DNA from: an uncultured delta proteobacterium
GTDB lineage: Bacteria; Desulfobacterota; Binatia; DP-6
Assembly (NCBI GenBank): GCA_963713495.1
Contig: CAVQLX010000007.1
Span: 825,309 to 889,308 of the forward strand
Length of the DNA stretch: 64,000 bases
Direction of reading: 5' to 3'
In this document: positions 1 to 9,465 of the stretch, piece after piece
How the letters are laid out: each line of letters begins with the position of its first letter
Numbering within the stretch: position 1 is the first letter of the stretch
Notes under the pieces: model-generated
Database searches by the model: none
Told to the model about the DNA's origin: nothing
What the model saw: the letters and a program-made list of their open reading frames with translations, nothing else
Made by a program: the position numbers and the translations under genes

Positions 1-841
1 CCGCACGCTCGTACTCGCCGATGCGATCTCGCACCTGCGCCGGCGTCCCGGTGAGATGCCCCGGCCGGACGAAGTCCGTCAGCGCGCCGAACATGAGCTG
101 GAGCTTCTCCTCCTGCTGCCGCGCACGCGCCTCGTCCGCGCCGATGGCGAGCCCGACGTTGCACGTGCGGACGATCGCACGCGGATCCCGGCGTTCCTTC
201 TCGCACCAGTCATTCAGGGTGGCGTTCCGCATGGCGTAGAACTCGGGGGACAGGAACGGCACGTTCCAGCCGTCGGCATGGCGGGCGACCATGCGCAGCA
301 GGCGCTTCTCCCCTTGGCCGCCGATCCACAGTCGCAGTCGCTCCTGCACGGGCCGCGGCTCGCAGAGGGCGTCGTCCAGGTGCACCTTCTTGCCGTGGAA
401 CGTGACGCGCTCGCCGTCGAACAGGCGTCGCAGGACCATCACCGTCTCCTCGAGGAGATCGAGGCGGTCCTTGATCGGCTCGAACGGCATCCCGAAGGCG
501 CGGAACTCGTTCTCGTTCCACCCCGCGCCGATGCCCAGCTCGCACCGGCCCCCGCTCAGGTGATCGATGGTGACCGCCGCCTTGAGCAGCACGCCCGGAT
601 TGCGGTAGCCGACGCAGAACACGAGGCAGCCGACCCGGACGTTGCGCGTGGCCTGCGCGAGCGCCGCCATCGTGGCGACGCCCTCGAACGACGCCTTCGC
701 CGGATTGCTCAGGTCGGACACCGAGTAGAGGTGGTCCCACACCGAGCACCAGTGGAAGCCCCGCTCGTCCGCGATCCGCCAGAGACGCCGGAGGTCGTCG
801 ATGGTGCAGTCCTGGGGACCGGCATGGATGCCGAAGCGCAT
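1..841 (-). CDS. Luciferase-like monooxygenase (LLM) class oxidoreductase, probably F420-dependent; 3' end runs off the window
   Basis: Not in the ORF track. Manual translation from ATG at 841: MRFGIHAGPQ...SVWDHLY...RNPGVLLKAAVTIDHLSGGRCELGIGAGW...LWIGGQGEKRLLRMVARHADGWN, typical LLM motifs. Confidence 0.85.
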   Translation of the reverse strand, partial: MRFGIHAGPQDCTIDDLRRLWRIADERGFHWCSVWDHLYSVSDLSNPAKASFEGVATMAALAQATRNVRVGCLVFCVGYRNPGVLLKAAVTIDHLSGGRCELGIGAGWNENEFRAFGMPFEPIKDRLDLLEETVMVLRRLFDGERVTFHGKKVHLDDALCEPRPVQERLRLWIGGQGEKRLLRMVARHADGWNVPFLSPEFYAMRNATLNDWCEKERRDPRAIVRTCNVGLAIGADEARARQQEEKLQLMFGALTDFVRPGHLTGTPAQVRDRIGEYERA

Positions 842-872
842 CGGCCGTCTATACACGATCGCCGCCCGGAAC

Positions 873-1898
873 TCAGCCGAAGAACACCTCGGCTTCCGCG
901 TATCGCGCCAGGTCCACCGTCTTGAGCTCCCTGGTCGCCTCGGTCAGCGGCACGCGCCGGATGTCGGTGCCGCGCAGCGCGACCATGGTGCCCCAGTCGC
1001 CGTCGTGCACGGCCTCGATGGCGTGCAGCCCGAACCGGGTGGCGAGCACGCGATCGAACGCCGTGGGGGTGCCGCCGCGCTGGATGTGCCCCAGCACGGT
1101 GCAGCGTGCTTCGTGGCCCGTCCGCTGCTCGATCTCCTTCGCGAGCCAGTCGCCGATGCCCGAGAGCTTCACGTGGCCAAAGGCGTCCAGCGACGTGTCC
1201 TTCAGCACCATGTCGCCGCCGCTCGGCATCGCGCCTTCCGCGACCACGACGATGGGCGCGTACTTCGTGCGGAACCGATGCTCGATGTAGCTGCACACCT
1301 TCTCGATGTCGAACCGCACTTCGGGGATCAGGATGATGTTCGCACCCCCCGCGAGGCCGGCGTGCAGCGCGATCCAGCCGGCGTGCCGTCCCATCACCTC
1401 GACGATGAGCGCGCGCCGGTGCGACTCCGCCGTCGTGTGCAGGCGGTCGATCGCCTCCATGGCGACGTTCACCGCGGTGTCGAATCCGAAGGTGTAGTCG
1501 GTGGCGCTGAGATCGTTGTCGATCGTCTTCGGGACGCCGACCACCTGGAGCCCCTGCTCGTGGAGCTTCGTCGCCACGCCGAGCGTGTCCTCTCCGCCGA
1601 TCGCGATCAGCGCCTCGACGCGAAAGTTGCGCAGGTTGGTCTTGATCAGGTCGACGCCGCCCTCGACCTTGAGCGGGTTGGTGCGCGACGAGTTCAGGAT
1701 GGTCCCGCCGCGCGGCAGGATGCCACGGACGCTCTTCACGTCGAGCGCGGAGCCGTTGCCCTCGAGCGGACCGCGCCAGCCGTCGCGGAATCCGATGAAG
1801 TCGTAGCCGTACAGGCCCACACCCTTGCGAACGACTGCGCGGATCACCGCGTTCAAGCCGGGGCAGTCACCTCCGCCCGTGAGCACTCCAACACGCAT
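873..1898 (-). CDS. pfkA: 6-phosphofructokinase, group III (mixed-substrate type)
   Basis: MRVGVLTGGGDCPGLNAVIR, GGEDT, PKTIDND, EVMGRHAG, LGHIQRGG. ATG at 1898 with GAGGAGG RBS. Confidence 0.93.
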   Translation of the reverse strand: MRVGVLTGGGDCPGLNAVIRAVVRKGVGLYGYDFIGFRDGWRGPLEGNGSALDVKSVRGILPRGGTILNSSRTNPLKVEGGVDLIKTNLRNFRVEALIAIGGEDTLGVATKLHEQGLQVVGVPKTIDNDLSATDYTFGFDTAVNVAMEAIDRLHTTAESHRRALIVEVMGRHAGWIALHAGLAGGANIILIPEVRFDIEKVCSYIEHRFRTKYAPIVVVAEGAMPSGGDMVLKDTSLDAFGHVKLSGIGDWLAKEIEQRTGHEARCTVLGHIQRGGTPTAFDRVLATRFGLHAIEAVHDGDWGTMVALRGTDIRRVPLTEATRELKTVDLARYAEAEVFFG

Positions 1899-1960
1899 GC
1901 TCGCCTCCTCGTTGTCCGGTCCATCAGTGTGTCCCCCGGACCGACCCCGATCAACGGTGG

Positions 1961-3691
1961 TCACCCGCCGACGAGCGATCTCGCGAAGGATGCGACCGGT
2001 GCGATCGTCGCCTGGCCCAGGCAGGCGCCCAGCTCGGCCGCGGTCGTACACGGCGCGCAGCGCAGCGCGCTGCAGACGGCCGGGGGCGGCGTGCGACACG
2101 CGCGCGCGAGCTTGGGCGCCGGTGAGGCCGACGCGCCGGCGCACGAGACCCCGCCGCCACGCGCGCAGGCGGCCACCGACCGCAAGCGGGCGGTGGCGGT
2201 GCGGATCGCCACCCGCTCCACCGCGCGCGCACAGCGGTCGCGCGGTGCGCCACCCGCGGCGCGGACGACGTCGGTGGCGACCGAGGCGGCCGCGGAGCCG
2301 AAGCACGCCGCCAGATCGTCGGAGGTGGCGCAGGGAGCGCACCCGAGACCGGCACAGGCGGCGGCCGGAGGGGGAGCCCCGCACGCGTGCGACAGCATGC
2401 GGCGGACCGCGCGCGGCACGCGCGGCGCGGGGCAGCTCGGGTCACACGCCGGCGCACGTCGGCCCGCGGCGCGCACCAGCCGCGGAGCCGCGCCGGCCAG
2501 CGTCCGCCCGCACGTGTCGGGAGCCGCCTGACCCGCCTGGGTGACGCGCATCACCGCGCCGTCGTTGAAGGCGACGTAGTAGAGCGCGCCGTCCGGACCG
2601 ACCGTGAAGTCCACGGGACCGCCCGCGTCACGCAGGAAGACCTCGGGATCGGCGGCGAACCCCGTGCGCGTCGCGTCGAGACGCGCGCGCCAGACGAGAT
2701 CGAACACGAAGTCCGCGAAGAAGTAGTCGCCGAGATATGCGACGTCGAACTGCGACCCGTCGTAGAAGACTCCGCCGGTGACCGAAGCACCGTTCGGTCC
2801 ATGCCGGTACGCGAAGATCGGCGGCACGGTGCCGCCCGGGCACGGCGGTACAGGTTGAAAGGCCTCGCACATGGGCCAGCCGAGGTCCTCGCCCGCGTGC
2901 ACGACGTCGATCTCCTCGAACGTGTCCTGGCCCACGTCGGCCACCCAGAGGTTTCCCGTGCGCGCGTCGAAGGTGAAGCGGAACGGATTGCGGAATCCGT
3001 ACGCGAAGATGAAATCGGCGGCGCCGCCGCGGCCGAGAAACGGGTTGCCCGGCGCGGGCCGTCCGTCGAGCGTGATCCGCAGGACCTTGCCCTCGAGGCT
3101 GGCGAGATCGTGCGCGTAGGGATTGGTCGACTGCCCGGGACCGCCACCGTCGCCGACTCCGGTGTCACCCACGCCGACATAGAGGAGGCCGTCGGGACCG
3201 ACGCGCAGGCAGCTTCCATCGTGATTGCCGTTGTCGGTGCGCATGCCGTCGAGCAGCACCACGCGGCTCGCCGGGTCGATCCGGTCGCCCGCGAGGGTGA
3301 CGCGCAGGACCTGGTTTCGCCGGCCTGCCAGGGATCCCTCGCCACAGCGTGTGACGTCACCCCCGGGCGGCTCCGCGTGATACAGGTAGAGGAACCCGTT
3401 GCGCGCGAAGTCGGGATCGATCGTCACGCCGGTCAGGCCCATCTCGGAGTCGGTGCAGCTCGGCACCTCGAGCAGCGGCGCCGGCGCGAGTCCCGCCGTC
3501 GACGACCAGACGCGGACCGCGCCCGCCTTCTCGAGAACGAAGAGCCGGCCGTCGGGCGCGAAGACCATGGCCGTGGGCTGCTGGAGCCCGGTGATGATCG
3601 GCGCGGCCGTGAAGCCGGGCGGCGTGGTGACGGCGCCTGCACTCGCGGACGCGATGACCGACAGCAGCGCCGCGAGGACGCTCGGCGTCAC
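1961..3691 (-). CDS. Secreted PQQ-dependent glucose/sorbosone dehydrogenase family beta-propeller with a Cys-rich C-terminal extension
   Basis: GTG start overlaps the upstream TGA. Signal peptide, NHDGSCLRVGPDGLLYVGVGD, GKVLRITLDG, YGFRNPFRF, DVGQDTFEEID, GPDGALY. Confidence 0.85.
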   Translation of the reverse strand: MTPSVLAALLSVIASASAGAVTTPPGFTAAPIITGLQQPTAMVFAPDGRLFVLEKAGAVRVWSSTAGLAPAPLLEVPSCTDSEMGLTGVTIDPDFARNGFLYLYHAEPPGGDVTRCGEGSLAGRRNQVLRVTLAGDRIDPASRVVLLDGMRTDNGNHDGSCLRVGPDGLLYVGVGDTGVGDGGGPGQSTNPYAHDLASLEGKVLRITLDGRPAPGNPFLGRGGAADFIFAYGFRNPFRFTFDARTGNLWVADVGQDTFEEIDVVHAGEDLGWPMCEAFQPVPPCPGGTVPPIFAYRHGPNGASVTGGVFYDGSQFDVAYLGDYFFADFVFDLVWRARLDATRTGFAADPEVFLRDAGGPVDFTVGPDGALYYVAFNDGAVMRVTQAGQAAPDTCGRTLAGAAPRLVRAAGRRAPACDPSCPAPRVPRAVRRMLSHACGAPPPAAACAGLGCAPCATSDDLAACFGSAAASVATDVVRAAGGAPRDRCARAVERVAIRTATARLRSVAACARGGGVSCAGASASPAPKLARACRTPPPAVCSALRCAPCTTAAELGACLGQATIAPVASFARSLVGG

Positions 3692-4812
3692 GCATCCGGC
3701 GCGAGGCGCAGCCGATCGGCGAGATCTTCCAGCCATTCGTCCGTCGAGCCGAAGAGGAGCTCGGCCTGCTTCGCCCGCAACGAATGACGATGTAACTCGT
3801 GTTCGACGACGTAACCAGCCCCGCCGTGCAGCTGATGGGCACGCAGCGTGATCTCGCGGTAGGCCCGGCCGGTCCAGGCCTTCGCGATCGCGACCTCCCG
3901 TCCGGCATCGCGCTGGTGCGCCAGACGCCATAGGGCCTGCCTGGTGACGTGTCGTGCCCCTTCGAGCTCGATCGCCATCTCCGCGATCATCTGCTGTACC
4001 GCCTGGAAGGTGCCGAGCTTCGCGCCGAACTGCTCGCGCTCTCCGACGTAGCGCACCGTCATCTCGAGCACCGCGTCACCGCCGCCGACGAGATCGGCGC
4101 ACAGGAGCGCGGCGAGAACGGCGCGCACGCGCTCGAGCGGCTCCCACGCGGTCCCTTCCGGCTGGCAGAGGGCCGACCGGGGCAGCGTCACCCCGTCCAG
4201 CCGGACGCTGCTCTGGCGATCCTTGGCGAACGTCGACGTGGGCTCGACGACGACCCCGGACGCGTGTCTCGGAACCAGCGCCACGGAGACGCCGTCGCCG
4301 TCGCGCGCCGCGACCAGGAACGCGTCGGCCGTCACGCCCTGCAGGACGAAGCGCTTCTCCCCCTCGATCCGGAGTCCGTCCGCGTGTCGTGTCAGCGTGG
4401 TCTGCAGCGCGGACGGCACCAGCGCCGCGCCGCGCTCCGCCACCGCGAGGGTGACGAGGCGCTCGCCGCGCGCGATCGGCGGCAGCCATTCGCGGCGCTG
4501 GACCTCGGTCCCGAGCGCGTCCAGCGCGAGCCCGCCAGCGACCGCCGCGAACAGCCCGAAGGGCGCGACGGCGCGTCCCCACTCCTCCACCAGCAGTCCG
4601 AGATCGAGCAGCGACGCGCCCTGACCGCCGGCCGACTCCGGCAACGCGAAGCCGAGCCAGCCGAGCCGGCCGACGGCCTGCCAGAAGTCGGCGTCGTGTC
4701 CCTCCGGCATCCGATCCCACGCCAGCCGCCGCTCGCGCGTGATCTGCGCGCCGAGGAAGCGGCGCGCTTCCGCCTGGATCGCCTGCTGCTCGTCGGTGGG
4801 GGCGAGGTGCAT
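3688..4812 (-). CDS. Acyl-CoA dehydrogenase family protein (degenerate partner-type subunit)
   Basis: LGWLGFALPESAGGQG, GEKRFV, REQFGAKLGTFQAVQQ, QLHGGAGY. Confidence 0.9.
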   Translation of the reverse strand: MHLAPTDEQQAIQAEARRFLGAQITRERRLAWDRMPEGHDADFWQAVGRLGWLGFALPESAGGQGASLLDLGLLVEEWGRAVAPFGLFAAVAGGLALDALGTEVQRREWLPPIARGERLVTLAVAERGAALVPSALQTTLTRHADGLRIEGEKRFVLQGVTADAFLVAARDGDGVSVALVPRHASGVVVEPTSTFAKDRQSSVRLDGVTLPRSALCQPEGTAWEPLERVRAVLAALLCADLVGGGDAVLEMTVRYVGEREQFGAKLGTFQAVQQMIAEMAIELEGARHVTRQALWRLAHQRDAGREVAIAKAWTGRAYREITLRAHQLHGGAGYVVEHELHRHSLRAKQAELLFGSTDEWLEDLADRLRLAPDA

Positions 4813-4827
4813 CGGCTCACCTCCGGA

Positions 4828-6000
4828 TCATTTGCGCGGCAGGCCCAGCCCGCGCTGGGCGATGATGATACGCTGGATCTCGTTGGTGCCGCCTCCGAAG
4901 CGCTGCATGGGCGCGATCGTGTACAGCCACTGCAACCGGCCGTGCAGGGGAGCGGTCTCGTCGTTCGGCCCGAGCTGGCCGGCGAGCCCGAGGATGTCGA
5001 GCCCCACGCTGGCGAAGTGCGCGTTCAGCTCGCTCACGTAGACCTTGGACATCGAGCCTTCCTTGGTGGGCACGATGCCCTGGTCGATGAGCCAGGCGTT
5101 CAGCAGCCCGATCTGCCGGCCCACCTCGACGCGCATCTCGAGATCCGCGATCGCGCGGCGCACCCACGGGATGGCGCCCAGCACGCGGCCGTCGCGCGTG
5201 GTGCGCCGCACGACGTCCTTCAGCTCCTCGAGCAGGCGGGCCAGCATGCCGACACAGCCGATCTGGATGCGCTCGAAGTCGAGCGCCATCATGGCGTAGT
5301 AGAATCCCATGCCGCGCTCGCCGATCAGGTGATCCCGCGGGACGCGCACGTCGTCGAAGAACACCGCGTTGGTGCGGATGTTCGACATCGTCCAGATGCC
5401 CTGCACCTCGATGCCCGGCGTGTTCATCGGCACGATGATCATGGAGATGCCCTGATGCTTCCGCGCCTCGGGCTCGGTGCGGACCGCAACCCAGTTGTGC
5501 GTGGCCGTGTGCGCGCCCGTGTTCCAGATCTTCTGGCCGTTGATCACCCACTCGTCGCCGACCAGCTCGGCGCGTGTGGACAGCGCGGCGAGATCGGTGC
5601 CGGCGTTCGGCTCCGAGTATGCGACCGCGAACTCGATGTCCCCGCGCAGGATCTGCGGCAGCCAGGTGGCCTTCTGCGCGTCCGTTCCCTCGCGCAGGAT
5701 GGTGGGCGCCACCGAGGTGATCGAGAGGTTCATCGCGGGCGCGCCGGCCATCTGCATCTCGTCGATGAAGACGTACTGCTCGACGGCGGCCTTCCCCATG
5801 CCGCCGAACTCCTTCGGCCAGCCGACGCCCCACCAGCCCTGGTCGAACAGCGTGCGATGAAACGCCTTCGCGAGCGGCCCGTCGCCCTCGTTGCCGGCGA
5901 GACGCAGCTCGGCGCGCAGCGCGTCGGTGACGTGGGCCGCGCAGAACGCACGCACCTCGTCGCGCCAGGCGAGCTGCTCCGGGGTGTACTCGTACCGCAT
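4828..6000 (-). CDS. Acyl-CoA dehydrogenase
   Basis: WPKEFGG, YSEPNAGTDLA, NGQKIWNT, NAVFFDDVRVP, ALDFER, GGGTNEIQRIIIA. ATG at 6000. Confidence 0.92.
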   Translation of the reverse strand: MRYEYTPEQLAWRDEVRAFCAAHVTDALRAELRLAGNEGDGPLAKAFHRTLFDQGWWGVGWPKEFGGMGKAAVEQYVFIDEMQMAGAPAMNLSITSVAPTILREGTDAQKATWLPQILRGDIEFAVAYSEPNAGTDLAALSTRAELVGDEWVINGQKIWNTGAHTATHNWVAVRTEPEARKHQGISMIIVPMNTPGIEVQGIWTMSNIRTNAVFFDDVRVPRDHLIGERGMGFYYAMMALDFERIQIGCVGMLARLLEELKDVVRRTTRDGRVLGAIPWVRRAIADLEMRVEVGRQIGLLNAWLIDQGIVPTKEGSMSKVYVSELNAHFASVGLDILGLAGQLGPNDETAPLHGRLQWLYTIAPMQRFGGGTNEIQRIIIAQRGLGLPRK

Positions 6001-6101
6001 CCGCCGCAGTGGTAACGCGAAGCGGCCCGGAGCCGCAAGCTGCAGCGCACGATCGCGTTGCGCGACCCGGGCGCGCACGGTAGGGATCGGCTCGCCACCT
6101 C

Positions 6102-7253
6102 ATGTCCGTGCTCCGCGTCATCCTCTGCACCGTGCTCGTCGGAATCGGGGTCGCGCGCGGAGACTCCGGGCAGCTCGGGCTCACGCCGGAAGCGCAGGAC
6201 GCCGTCGCGGCGTACCTGCGCGATCCAGGCGGCAACGCGAAGACCTTCCTCGACGCGGCACGACAGCAGGGCGGCGAGGTGAGCCCGCTGCAGGCCCTGC
6301 TCCTCGGAGACGCGGCCATTCGCGCCGGCCGCTATCGCACGGCCAGCGAGTTCTTCATGGCGGTCCAGGACGCCGGCCTCGCGAGCGCCGCGGAGCTCGG
6401 GATGGCGTGGGCGTCACTCGGACGCGGCCAGCTCGGCGACGCCTACGAGCACCTGAGCGCCGTCGGCTCGAGCGACCCGAGGCTGCGTCCGATGACCGAC
6501 TTCGCGATGGCGATGGTCGCGGCGGCCAACGGCGCTCCCGACGCCCGGGCGGCGCTCGCCGCGGCGGAAGCGCAGGGGGGCGTCGACCCCGCGCTGCTCG
6601 AGGTGGCGCCGCTGCTCGACGCGTACGGCCGCTACTGGTCGGGCGACGCCGCGGGGGCCGCCGACGCCTTCACGGCGTTCGCCGTCGCGCATCCGGACGG
6701 TCGCTTTACCGACGACGCGCTCTACGCCGCCGCCCAGGCGAAGCTGCGCGCGGGACGCGACGACGAGGCGCAAGCCGATCTCGAGGCGCTGGCGGGAGAT
6801 CAGCCGACGAAGGGCCGGCTGTCGTCACGCCTGATCGCGCTCGACGGGCGCGCGCTGCTGCGCGAGGGGATGCGTCGCGATCGCGCACGGGCGACTCGGC
6901 TCTTCCCGCGCCGGCTGGCGGATCTGCTCGACGGTGACGGTGTCCGCCTCGCGCAGGCCGCGCTCGTCACGCGGGGCGCAGGCGACGCCGCAGCCGCGCC
7001 CAGCGGCGAGACGCGAGCCGGTGCGGGCGCGGCGGGTCATGCGTCGCAGGACGCCCCGGAGGCCAGCGGTCCGTCGAGCCCGCCCTCCGGCGTCGCTGCG
7101 CCCACACCGGGCGCCGCCGCGCCGGGAGGAACGTCGCCCGCGCGGGCCGCGCAGTTCCCCTGGACGGCCGTGTTCGCCATCGCCGGGTTGCTCGTCCTGC
7201 TGGCGCTCTGGTGGCTCGCCCGCGGGCGGCCCGATCAGGTCCGCTCGCGCTGA
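6102..7253 (+). CDS. Exported TPR-like helical repeat protein with Pro/Ala linker and C-terminal membrane anchor
   Basis: Signal peptide, TPR-like HPDGRFTDDALYAAAQAKL, low-complexity linker, terminal hydrophobic helix followed by a basic tail. Confidence 0.6.
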   Translation: MSVLRVILCTVLVGIGVARGDSGQLGLTPEAQDAVAAYLRDPGGNAKTFLDAARQQGGEVSPLQALLLGDAAIRAGRYRTASEFFMAVQDAGLASAAELGMAWASLGRGQLGDAYEHLSAVGSSDPRLRPMTDFAMAMVAAANGAPDARAALAAAEAQGGVDPALLEVAPLLDAYGRYWSGDAAGAADAFTAFAVAHPDGRFTDDALYAAAQAKLRAGRDDEAQADLEALAGDQPTKGRLSSRLIALDGRALLREGMRRDRARATRLFPRRLADLLDGDGVRLAQAALVTRGAGDAAAAPSGETRAGAGAAGHASQDAPEASGPSSPPSGVAAPTPGAAAPGGTSPARAAQFPWTAVFAIAGLLVLLALWWLARGRPDQVRSR

Positions 7254-8506
7254 CGTCGCCACGGTCGCGGCGGCAGATCGACCTGCAACACCACCACCGC
7301 CGCCACGAGCGAGGCCGCGACGATCGTCGCGAGCGCGGGGCCGAAGCTGCCGGTCACGTCACGCAGATAGCCGGTCGCGGGAACGCCGATTGCCTGCGCC
7401 GTGACCACGAAGGGAACGAGCCGCGACGAGATCGCACCGAAGTGGCCGCGCCCGAACGCCTCCGCCACCAGGCTGGCCTGGAGCGTCGCGTTGCCTCCCA
7501 TGGCGTAGCCGTAGAGCACGACGTAGCAGGCGAGCGCCACGGGACCGCGCGACAGCCAGAGCAGCAGCACACCGGCCGCCTGCAGGCAGAAGCAGACGCT
7601 TGCCACCCGCCGCTGGTCGAAACGATCGAGGAGCGCGCCGAAGCCGAGCTTCCCGACGACACCCATCGCGGCGGTCGCCCCGAGCACGAGCGAGGCCTGC
7701 GTCGCCGGCATGCCACGATCGACCAGCAGGGGAATCTGGTAGAGCAGCACGCCCGACAGACCCGCCATGGTGATCCCGAAGGAGACCGCCAGGAGCCAGA
7801 AGCTTCTCTGCCGGACGGCCACCCCGGGACGCAGCGAATGCTCCAGCTCCCGCTCGACCTGCGCCAGGCTCTCCTGTGCGTGCTCGCGGCTGCGCGGCGT
7901 CCCGTCGGGCACCAGGCCGAGATCGGCCGGATCGCGCCGCATGAATGCCAGCACGAGCGGAACCACGAGCACGAGCACGAGCAGCGAGAGGACGGCATAC
8001 GCGTCGCGCCAGCCCACGTGCGCGATGAGGTACTGCGCCAGCGGCGCGAACACGATGCCCCCCGCCGAGATTCCCGCGGTCGCGATGCCGAGCGCCCTGC
8101 CCCGTCGCGCGACGAACCAGCGCGCCACCGCGGTGTTGTTCGGCAGGGCGCCGATGCACGTGGAGCCGAGCGCCACCGGGCCGACGAGGCAGGCGTACAG
8201 CACCGGCAGCGAGTGGACGCGCGACAGCAGGAAGAAGCCGAGCGCCATGGTGCAACCGCCGAACGTCTCCACCGGGCGCGCGCCGCGGCGGTCGACGATC
8301 CGTCCGACCACCAGCCCGTACGCGGCGGCCGCGAACTGCGTGAGCGAGTAGCCGAGCGCGACCGCCGCGCGGCCGCCGAACTCCGCTGCGAGCGGCGTCA
8401 GGAAAACGCTCCAGGCGTAGAACATCAGGCCGACGTTCACCGCGTGACACACGAAGGCGGTGACCACGATCCACCATCCGTGGAAGATGCGCGCGCGTGC
8501 CGCCAC
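7235..8506 (-). CDS. MFS transporter
   Basis: RIFHGWWIV start, GRIVDRRGAR motif A, WFVARRGRALGI, about 12 hydrophobic segments. Confidence 0.9.
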   Translation of the reverse strand: MAARARIFHGWWIVVTAFVCHAVNVGLMFYAWSVFLTPLAAEFGGRAAVALGYSLTQFAAAAYGLVVGRIVDRRGARPVETFGGCTMALGFFLLSRVHSLPVLYACLVGPVALGSTCIGALPNNTAVARWFVARRGRALGIATAGISAGGIVFAPLAQYLIAHVGWRDAYAVLSLLVLVLVVPLVLAFMRRDPADLGLVPDGTPRSREHAQESLAQVERELEHSLRPGVAVRQRSFWLLAVSFGITMAGLSGVLLYQIPLLVDRGMPATQASLVLGATAAMGVVGKLGFGALLDRFDQRRVASVCFCLQAAGVLLLWLSRGPVALACYVVLYGYAMGGNATLQASLVAEAFGRGHFGAISSRLVPFVVTAQAIGVPATGYLRDVTGSFGPALATIVAASLVAAVVVLQVDLPPRPWRRQRERT

Positions 8507-8703
8507 GCGGGATCAGCGGTCCGTTTCCATCGGCATTTCGGGGTTTCACGCACCCCCTGCCCTGTCAAGCTCGCGGTGGTTGCGACGGTTTACGTCCCGA
8601 GCGGGAGCGTGCTAGAGCTTGACGCTCCGGCGCGGTGCTGAATCGATGCACGCATCGCCTCGCCGCACCGGCCGCGCGACGCGGGAGTCCGGGAGGTTTT
8701 CGC

Positions 8704-8955
8704 ATGGCGAGATTCCGCTCGAACAAGCGGGCGAAGGAGTTGCAACGGAAGGCGAAGCACGAGGCCAAGGAGGCCCGCAAGCGCGAGCGTCAGGAGCGCT
8801 CGCCCACCGGCCAGGACGACGACATCGACTGGAGTCAGGCCGTGGGCGTCGATCCACCCCCCGGCTGGAAGCCCCCCGGCGAGGAGGGTGAAGAGATCGA
8901 CGACGGCGAGGACGAGCTGGAGGACGACGCGGAGCCGAGCAAGTCGGCGTCCTGA
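8704..8955 (+). CDS. Small hypothetical protein, basic N-half and acidic C-half
   Basis: GGGAGG RBS before ATG 8704. MARFRSNKRAKELQRKAKHEAK...EEGEEIDDGEDELEDD. Confidence 0.7.
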   Translation: MARFRSNKRAKELQRKAKHEAKEARKRERQERSPTGQDDDIDWSQAVGVDPPPGWKPPGEEGEEIDDGEDELEDDAEPSKSAS

Positions 8956-8964
8956 CGGACCCCG

Positions 8965-9465
8965 TCAGCGCCGAACGCGGCGCAGCACGCGCGGCGGCAG
9001 CAGCCAGAGCAGGGTCGCGCCGCCGTGCGGGGCGAACGCGGTCAGCTCGACCGCGGCGCACCCACCCTTCTTCAGATCGATCGCCGCACCGTCCGTGGTT
9101 CCGGTCAGCAGCAGCGCCAGCACGTTGCTCAGGTTGGGCTCGTGCCCGACGATCATCACGTGCCGCTTGCGCGCGAACGGGCGCAGCGCCTTCAGCGTGT
9201 CGGCGGGGTCGACGCCAGAGGCGAGGCCGTCGAGCACGCGCGGCTCCGGCGCGTTGCGCAGCGCCGCCACCACGATGCGAGTCGTCTCCACCGCCCGCAC
9301 GAGCGGGCTGGTGAGGACGACGTCGGGCTCGATGCCGAGCCCGCGCAGGCCGCGCGCCACCTGCTCCATCTTCCGCCGCCCGTCGGACGTGAGGCGGCGG
9401 GCCGCGTCGCCGCCGCTCGGAGCGGTATCCTCGGCGATCGCGTGGCGAACGACGTACAGGATCAT
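8965..9465 (-). CDS. sixA: Phosphohistidine phosphatase SixA
   Basis: MILYVVRHAIA (RH motif), TSPLVRAVET, VGHEP, LKKGG. ATGA overlap with the CHAD gene. Confidence 0.9.
   Translation of the reverse strand: MILYVVRHAIAEDTAPSGGDAARRLTSDGRRKMEQVARGLRGLGIEPDVVLTSPLVRAVETTRIVVAALRNAPEPRVLDGLASGVDPADTLKALRPFARKRHVMIVGHEPNLSNVLALLLTGTTDGAAIDLKKGGCAAVELTAFAPHGGATLLWLLPPRVLRRVRR

Noticed and set aside
8604-8670. Hairpins upstream of the small charged protein as a possible riboswitch
   Set aside because: Short GC-rich stems are expected by chance at this composition, and no known aptamer motif is present.
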